Below the pieces are notes generated by a model. The model did no database searches, had not been told where the DNA came from, and worked only from the letters and a program-made list of their open reading frames with translations. Positions 63,001-64,000 of a stretch of DNA of 64,000 nucleotides are shown one piece after another. The stretch covers positions 68,921 to 132,920 of the forward strand of contig JAPLLR010000046.1 in NCBI GenBank assembly GCA_026387455.1, given 5' to 3'. Position 1 is the first letter of the stretch. The number at the start of each line of letters is the position of its first letter. The DNA comes from Candidatus Omnitrophota bacterium (GTDB lineage Bacteria > Omnitrophota > Gorgyraeia > Gygaellales > Profunditerraquicolaceae). Made by a program: the position numbers and the translations under genes.

Positions 63001-63998
63001 GTGATCCGCGAATCAATATATTTATAACGACAGAAGCCAAAAGATACCAGCGGTATGATCTGATTGACATACTAGAGATAGGAAATATCTTAGTTCATGA
63101 GGATAGACACCTTGCTATAAATAATGATACGTATTGGCAGGAGTTGTCAAAAGCCCAAGACTTATTTGAGAAAAGCAAGAAAGTTAATTTTGAGCATTTA
63201 TGGATTGCTGACAGATTCCGCGATAATCCTAAATATGCCGGTCTTTTCCGTAATCACAGTTCGCGCCTGATGAGATTGGTTAGGGAGCTGGAAGCTTATC
63301 TTGAGAATACAAAATTCGCAGTATCGGTATTGTCGCAAAGACCGAGTTGGCAAAGAATATTTCTGACTAAGCTACTTGACGAAGAATGTCTTGCGGCTAA
63401 AGAGGCGCTGCAAATCTTAAGGAATCATAAATTTGCTCTGGTGTCTGTATTGCAGAAGAAGCTTGTTGTATTTGAAAGGGAGTGGGCTAAAGTGACCGGG
63501 GAAGTAGAGGGGTTGAGGCCTTACGCAAGCCGAAGGCATGACTTCCTTCAAAAATCCAGGGTCAGTCAAAGTTCTATCGCGCTCCTTGGGCTGTTGGCGT
63601 TTGGCGCGCTGGCAGCATTTGCCGCGTTGCACAGCCTGCCGCTTTGTATGGGCGCGTGCATACTGGGGGTGGCGACAAAAGAGCACGATAGAATAACATT
63701 TATTCATAATCCTGAAGGCGAAGATATTACTGATCTTGAGGGCGCAGAGCTTTTGTGGACCGGCTCAGGTGTCGGCGGATATTTCGGAGCGGCCCAGAAA
63801 CATTCTAAACGAGCTTTTAGTAATAAAGGATTGTATCAGCTATCTATATGTCTGGGTGAAATAGAGGCAAATACAATTAAATTTTCGAAGGGAAAAGCCA
63901 CTTGCGCTGGAAGGCTGTACCGGGCTGTAGGCGAATCGTATGTATTACAATATAAATTTCTCCAAGACGGCGCTGTAGAAAAAGGACAGTGGCGGATG
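3..63998 (+). CDS. Giant multidomain, multi-pass membrane protein. Interior fragment, partial at both ends; at least 21,332 codons lie in this window and the gene is longer than 64 kb.
   Basis: Frame 3 was read codon by codon across the whole window with no TAA, TAG or TGA seen, and selected regions were re-indexed (13320-13660, 20220-20260, 28680-28840). The ORF track lists no frame-3 + ORF at all, which a stop-bounded ORF finder would do only if the frame never closes. The minus strand carries only short antisense ORFs. The frame-3 translation contains dozens of canonical motifs (REC, HATPase_c, HRD/DFG kinase, GDxHx/GDxxDxG/GNHE phosphatase, PRPP-binding motif, PGM metal loop, GGGKG of Glu dehydrogenase, GT2 DNGSTDST), all in one frame. 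Confidence 0.85.
1430..2160 (+). repeat. Three tandem ~240-nt (~80-aa) in-frame repeats with YD-repeat-like motifs
   Basis: Recurring ITYDDLGLEVSRRTE (~1431), ITYDVLGRESGRVTKD (~1672) and IKYDNQGIESGRKTV (~1912). Also paired GVMVADVQSGLTLNLIQD and GINVVDVQSGLIVRNVD. These resemble the Rhs/teneurin YD consensus (YxYDxxGR). Confidence 0.45.
5590..8960 (+). other. Two large polytopic transmembrane regions (5590-6480 and 7890-8960) flanking a soluble segment
   Basis: Frame-3 translation contains more than 15 hydrophobic 20-25 aa stretches. Examples are LLGWFVALMSF, ILIFIVLPLAISLVFGAFYFL, LAFRFIALAAFCAGSFWLYY, LLFIFLNPISAIFGF, LISLVIWGAVF, VILALILISYCLWLIW and IAIVVAVLIFGQIL. Confidence 0.6.
9270..10030 (+). 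other. K/E/A/R-rich coiled-coil, low-complexity region
   Basis: EELAAAKTKLDEAE...KRKVVRARKEFKNALKESQKRAKEDYAHRKKAAKEIIKAAKAGLKK...ERQERKHAELKANKEHASRQEKERKAKEAERNAE, followed by a P/S/A-rich linker. A second K/E/A-rich stretch is at ~10530-11000. Confidence 0.55.
11380..11800 (+). other. HExxH-bearing module, copy 1 (putative zincin-like)
   Basis: YPACMIPVEAAEALTETEFNFIRSLFGAA...HLEVIFAGHELYHLLGENESQARNRTIQYL, with HELYH at ~11649-11663. It is a paralog of the module at 14280. Confidence 0.4.
12100..12520 (+). other. Nucleotidyltransferase-like domain with HxGH motif (cytidylyl/adenylyl-transferase superfamily)
   Basis: IRVGFLPMKGDPWQVGHIFVILEAVAKLKLDKVVVMIDNSDP at 12120-12240, resembling GxFDxxHxGH. 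Confidence 0.35.
13378..13386 (+). promoter_or_regulatory. Shine-Dalgarno site (AAAGGAGG) for nested ORF 1
   Basis: Perfect core complementary to the anti-SD, 4 nt upstream of ATG 13391. It lies inside the giant ORF, within an unusually AT-rich ~45-nt patch (13340-13385). Confidence 0.5.
13391..13642 (+). CDS. Nested small ORF of 83 aa in the -1 frame relative to the giant ORF. Its paralog is at 19991.
   Basis: ATG at 13391 is preceded by AAAGGAGG (13378-13386) with a 4-nt spacer. The ORF ends at TAA 13640-13642. The protein is non-low-complexity (MSTLLELGQGLEVTHILSRPYGLLIYAKYPCWYSEFSFLL...). The overlapping frame-3 reading is a Ser/Thr/Pro-rich low-complexity linker. It is homologous to the 79-aa ORF at 19991 (shared H-L, IYxK, W..E..FL..DG..GK..G.W..S.E...I.AK...YIE.R..Y). 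Confidence 0.55.
   Translation: MSTLLELGQGLEVTHILSRPYGLLIYAKYPCWYSEFSFLLSPDGTIRGKTHDGNWYEISSEFSDIIKAKVNSVLIYERNRFYG
13690..14150 (+). repeat. Intragenic duplicated module A, copy 1 (~150 aa)
   Basis: DEKVDAAIEEFGGMESIWNLGKINDADWLSVQVIGLGMRDAARNLDAPNFNAIARLLTMRGVHFALAPARWKIGACIGFLNDQPIIIIPKDVTYQEVALEIQATIVPALTHKENLKIDSLQGRLYALRDRDLVKRIEQ, about 75% aa-identical to 22740-23200. The antisense track ORFs 13649..13957 and 22700..22966 mirror the same similarity. Confidence 0.8.
14280..15130 (+). other. HExxH-bearing module copy 2 (14280-14700, HELFH) followed by a degenerate third copy (14700-15130)
   Basis: YPAIMPVENLPEREPRPEELNIIISAFGG...LRVIFEGHELFHLLHPQEPESAARNYTVSYL, then FYPAEMVPSAGQIEDITEKELNTLIDLFGG...LNLIFKDHMFFYLAFPEESRQD, where the HExxH is lost. 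Confidence 0.4.
15480..15840 (+). other. Type I phosphoribosyltransferase (PRTase) domain
   Basis: Canonical PRPP-binding motif VVILVDDVLTSGTTMQ at ~15700-15750. Confidence 0.6.
17784..18110 (+). other. CheY-like response-regulator receiver (REC) domain
   Basis: KILIADDEYRNREMLVKLLKRKGFSEFGTARDGFEAIEIF...YDIAIIDIMMPKMDGMDLARQLRAEKPDIYIFVYSA. The acidic pocket DD, the phospho-acceptor D in IIDIMMP, and the conserved S/T and K positions are present. Confidence 0.75.
18850..19800 (+). other. Histidine kinase core (HisKA H-box plus HATPase_c)
   Basis: H-box SGYTHDLNNCLQPL (~18910), N-box NLIQNGIEAF (~19450), G1 IKDNGSGI (~19575), G2 GGRGGTGIGLTIVK (~19660). It is preceded by two TM clusters at 18470-18560 and 18700-18790. 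Confidence 0.75.
19977..19986 (+). promoter_or_regulatory. Shine-Dalgarno site (AAGGGAGGTG) for nested ORF 2
   Basis: GGGAGG core 6 nt upstream of ATG 19991. Same arrangement as at ORF 1. Confidence 0.5.
19991..20230 (+). CDS. Nested small ORF of 79 aa in the -1 frame relative to the giant ORF. It is a paralog of the ORF at 13391.
   Basis: ATG at 19991 is preceded by AAGGGAGGTG (19977-19986) with a 6-nt spacer. Stop is TAA at 20228-20230. The protein (MSILQDFEISHVLPKQDHVIVYIKHHLWWKEYCFLVYSDGRVKGK...) aligns along its whole length with the 13391 ORF. The start lies exactly 6600 nt, a multiple of 3, downstream of the first copy. Confidence 0.55.
   Translation: MSILQDFEISHVLPKQDHVIVYIKHHLWWKEYCFLVYSDGRVKGKAGSGLWLDASEELKAILIAKLRSLYIEKRSLIYQ
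20247..20317 (+). repeat. GC-rich in-frame repeat element, copy a (short form)
   Basis: GCTGCGGAATCAAACAGGAAATGGACTACCTTCCGTGGCTGGTGGGG...CTGCCGCAGCGGCC. The first 44 nt match 33452-33494, 13.2 kb away, with a single mismatch. Confidence 0.7.
20600..22520 (+). other. Alpha-D-phosphohexomutase (phosphoglucomutase/phosphomannomutase) domain
   Basis: STAGIRGNQN (~20650; compare GxxGIRG), active-site loop TASHA (~20965; compare TASHNP), metal loop TDPDGDRL (~21555; compare DxDxDR), sugar loop GGEESGGEIF (~21975), phosphate loop IRPSGTEAK (~22460; compare RxSGTEP). Confidence 0.75.
22740..23200 (+). repeat. Intragenic duplicated module A, copy 2
   Basis: DEAVDAAIEEFGGTKNIWNLGKIDNWMSVQVIGLGIRDAARNLDATNPNAIEMLLRARGVHFALAPPGWKIGSCIGYLNNQPIIIVSEDATYQEVAHEIQAVLVPALTHKENLKIDSLQGRLYTLRDRYLIKRIEQ. 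It shows clear nucleotide-level identity to 13690-14150. Confidence 0.8.
23840..24330 (+). other. Glycosyltransferase family 2 (GT-A fold) domain
   Basis: AVFVLLPVNNAADKL (~23850), FEVIVCDNGSTDST (~23950), DxD-like LHFADDDAF (~24160). Confidence 0.65.
25590..26230 (+). other. Protein-kinase-like domain 1 (probable pseudokinase)
   Basis: Gly-rich loop KKMGGGFGVWRV (~25621), catalytic-loop-like LIHGDLRRPN (~25917), APE-like SPEADIFGIGCMLYYAF. The VAIK Lys and the DFG motif are not evident. Confidence 0.55.
26590..27250 (+). other. Ser/Thr protein kinase domain 2 (canonical motifs)
   Basis: SYILKIL (beta-3 Lys), IIHRDVFPNNIML (HRD catalytic loop, ~26911), LIDFGLAEE (DFG, ~26971). Confidence 0.7.
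27850..28330 (+). other. HIT-superfamily / GalT-like nucleotidyltransferase-hydrolase module
   Basis: CFLCREN (~27921; compare the GalT CxxC zinc knuckle) and SSEHFHFQGF (~28191; compare the HxHxQ histidine triad of GalT/Ap4A phosphorylase). Confidence 0.35.
28812..28923 (+). repeat. GC-rich in-frame repeat element, copy b
   Basis: TTCCGTGGCTGGCTGCCGAGCGCAAGCGAAGGCGTCCCTGAAGAGCGATAGCGTTGCGAGCGAAAACGAGCAAAGGGATGGGGATCAAGCCGCCGCAGCGGCCGC. It is homologous to the insert within 33482-33680 and ends in GCCGCAGCGGCCGC, as do the copies at 20306 and 33667. Confidence 0.7.
29540..29900 (+). other. Degenerate metzincin-like module 1 (HEIGAVFGLDH)
   Basis: LIKVLAHEIGAVFGLDHATNN (~29806-29841) fits HExxHxxGxxH except that the second His is Ala. 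Confidence 0.4.
30700..32110 (+). other. GT-B fold glycosyltransferase, glycogen/starch-synthase-like
   Basis: N-terminal YFIAAEISLLAGGLGRV (~30722; compare KTGGLGDV), C-terminal LVVSYSGRLVPEKAGRM (~31765; compare GRLxxQKG), and LLAASDVQIQDS. A poly-G8 tract lies inside at 31622-31629. Confidence 0.5.
31622..31629 (+). repeat. Poly-G8 homopolymer tract inside the coding sequence
   Basis: AAAGAGGGGGGGGTTGAGG encodes KEGGVED. An A8 tract lies at ~52762-52769. Confidence 0.9.
32990..33260 (+). other. Degenerate metzincin-like module 2 (HEIGAIFGVPH)
   Basis: LKQVIAHEIGAIFGVPHLYNF (~33157-33192). It is a paralog of the module at 29806, preceded by WIVVKPGLAPLRL (compare WIIFDPSLLDNEK in copy 1). 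Confidence 0.4.
33452..33680 (+). repeat. GC-rich in-frame repeat element, copy c (long, composite form carrying a 129-nt insert and a hairpin)
   Basis: Starts identically to copy a. A 129-nt in-frame insert, homologous to copy b, is flanked by direct repeats TTCCGTGGCTGG (33482-33493 and 33611-33622). It contains a perfect 13-bp inverted repeat, CCCCGTTGCAAAG (33575-33587) and CTTTGCAACGGGG (33639-33651), and ends GCCGCAGCGGCCGCC. Confidence 0.7.
36000..37050 (+). other. Possible alpha/alpha-toroid domain with a QxxDGGF motif
   Basis: LLKLQDSDGGFRFAP (~36433) resembles the QW/DGG motifs of terpene cyclases and of prenyltransferase-like or (alpha/alpha)6 glycoside hydrolase folds. It is followed at ~37250-37520 by a beta-rich, FN3-like segment. 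Confidence 0.25.
38850..39720 (+). other. Calcineurin-like PPP-family metallophosphatase domain
   Basis: VCAIGDVHADIEAL (GDxHx, ~38871), VVCGDMVDKGGKS (GDxVDRG-like, ~38961), ILLGNHELYYL (GNHE, ~39067). Order and spacing match Ser/Thr phosphatases and ApaH/PrpE. Confidence 0.7.
39950..41530 (+). other. Glu/Leu/Phe/Val amino-acid dehydrogenase domain
   Basis: GAYKGGIRF (~40111), LPYGGGKGCV (~40296, the family signature), Rossmann GVQAIGNVGGHAA (~40861), C-terminal signature [43 protein letters not shown] (~41260-41400). Confidence 0.8.
41780..42300 (+). other. P-loop-like nucleotide-binding module with an atypical Walker A (GPTAVGKQ)
   Basis: FVIIQGPTAVGKQFFAQRL (~41824) is uridine-kinase/PRK-like, but Q replaces S/T. 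Confidence 0.3.
43390..44000 (+). other. Protein-kinase-like domain 4 (pseudokinase-like)
   Basis: G-loop IGDGSQGVVFKA and AVKV (~43429-43504), degenerate catalytic loop VTHNELDDKNIMI (~43828), DLDG instead of DFG (~43887). Confidence 0.55.
44780..46440 (+). other. Cluster of four or more transmembrane helix hairpins with short helical inter-TM segments
   Basis: MMAIAALPLVVIPVSAYMAIGIIGIVILGALIYL; MYSFLGFVIFPLAAGILITFVSIILI; LILFGVSLAIAVAIAYLGLSFAPVLSLGLFCGII; VLVGLIAAVFMLVLFAGAPWQRVALGAASVLLVYLFIG. Confidence 0.55.
47230..47990 (+). other. 6-phosphogluconolactonase / glucosamine-6-phosphate deaminase-like domain
   Basis: VVFPGGRTVNSYI (~47315) and ADIVILGVGSDGHIGLNSYGSSL (~47622; compare LGxGxDGHTASLFP). 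Confidence 0.6.
48040..48370 (+). other. PAS-like sensor fold
   Basis: ESGVVVWVNEAEVKLRKFRSAEDMIGRYIWEFVAPKQQEDSRLAVINKLKEPATLPPFERDIQLADGSVRSVWITDQQVFDKKGKVKGIISSLHEM, immediately followed by a TM helix at 48390-48480. Confidence 0.3.
49080..50250 (+). other. GT9 (LPS heptosyltransferase-like) glycosyltransferase domain
   Basis: The C-terminal motif VASAVFAIGSSGLASIASQVYGIRTFSITEP (~50110) matches GT9 l.IgnDSGpmHlAaAlg.P.valFGpT.p. Confidence 0.35.
55900..56520 (+). other. Protein-kinase-like domain 5 (pseudokinase-like; paralog of domain 4)
   Basis: YYIGGGYHGWVYLAV and AIKI (~55927-56012), LAHGELVPKNIIM (~56361), ACDLDP (~56421). Confidence 0.5.
57130..57320 (+). other. TPR repeats
   Basis: KIIEAFVLLQAILKVDPKYAPAYLNLGTIYDYQWSDKEQAIDSWARAMALS. 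Confidence 0.4.
58275..58430 (+). other. Sigma-70 region-4-like helix-turn-helix
   Basis: LTPREQLMLNEYYGLEGTRYSVAQISIKHCIHEQRAKQIINKAFRKLAH follows the sigma-70 region 4.2 pattern. Confidence 0.35.
59400..59640 (+). other. HExxGH metalloprotease-like motif module
   Basis: MLADFIHEAFGHLLNGIKHG (~59524-59568), flanked by TM helices at 59030-59100 and 59830-59970. Confidence 0.3.
60060..60720 (+). other. Protein kinase domain 6 (near-canonical)
   Basis: G-rich FELAGIGGTFTAYKCL, AVLV, catalytic loop VLHRDLTPNNIWI (~60421), IIFDFAYADF (DFA variant of DFG, ~60496), LFGYGAVLAYIF. Confidence 0.6.
61140..61620 (+). other. P-loop NTPase (Walker A GKSGSGKT), uridine-kinase/PRK-like
   Basis: RPVIILIKGKSGSGKTLIRNTLL (~61224), with later VLLVEGVNNI as a Walker-B-like hydrophobic strand. 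Confidence 0.55.
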
Positions 63999-64000
63999 AT

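Noticed and set aside
332-63707. About 150 minus-strand ORFs of 60-186 aa in the supplied track, the longest at 20598..21158
   Set aside because: They tile the antisense strand of a continuously coding + frame. None has a recognisable motif, an SD or a start context. Their abundance is what sense-strand codon bias produces by reducing antisense stops. They were treated as shadow ORFs.
1-64000. Alternative reading: the window holds many ordinary adjacent genes rather than one ORF
   Set aside because: Every recognised motif falls in the same frame, with no stop between them. Inter-domain linkers of 80-250 codons remain open, which cannot happen by chance (a stop is expected about every 21 codons). 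No SD/ATG re-initiation points were seen before domains. The region was kept as one CDS, flagged for verification.
1-64000. rRNA, tRNA, CRISPR arrays, transposase or integrase genes
   Set aside because: No cloverleaf-like or rRNA-like conserved stretches were seen. There are no regularly spaced direct repeats with unique spacers; the repeats found are irregular and in-frame coding. No transposase or integrase motifs were seen in any frame.

Overview
Read codon by codon, + strand frame 3 (codons starting at positions 3, 6, 9 ...) contains no TAA, TAG or TGA anywhere in the 64 kb window. The supplied ORF track agrees: it lists no frame-3 ORF at all, only short junk ORFs in + frames 1 and 2 and many 60-186 aa antisense ORFs on the minus strand. 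The whole window is therefore the interior of one giant protein-coding gene of more than 64 kb, at least 21,332 codons, open at both window ends. Its frame-3 translation has recognisable sequence motifs throughout, all in that one frame.

The polypeptide is a mosaic of at least 25 clusters of predicted transmembrane helices separating globular domains of unrelated enzyme and signalling families:
- Signalling: a CheY-like receiver domain and a histidine kinase (HisKA plus HATPase_c), at least six protein-kinase-like domains (two with canonical HRD/DFG motifs, the rest pseudokinase-like), a calcineurin-like PPP phosphatase, a PAS-like fold, TPR repeats, and a sigma-70 region-4-like helix-turn-helix.
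- Carbohydrate metabolism: a phosphoglucomutase/phosphomannomutase domain, GT2, GT-B (glycogen-synthase-like) and GT9-like glycosyltransferases, and a 6-phosphogluconolactonase/NagB-like domain.
- Nucleotide and amino-acid metabolism: a type I phosphoribosyltransferase, an HxGH-type nucleotidyltransferase, a HIT/GalT-like module, two P-loops, and a complete Glu/Leu/Phe/Val dehydrogenase domain.
- Other: several HExxH or degenerate metzincin-like motifs, a K/E/A-rich coiled coil, and N-terminal tandem ~80-aa repeats.

Internal duplications include a ~460-nt module at 13690 and again at 22740, two to three HExxH-bearing modules, and a short GC-rich in-frame element present in three copies. Two paralogous ~80-aa ORFs with strong Shine-Dalgarno sites sit in the -1 frame inside the giant ORF, exactly 6600 nt apart (13391-13642 and 19991-20230). 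No rRNA, tRNA, CRISPR array or obvious mobile element is present. The architecture resembles the giant genes reported from candidate phylum Omnitrophota; that is an inference from the sequence, not a database result. All domain coordinates are approximate (about +/-30 nt).
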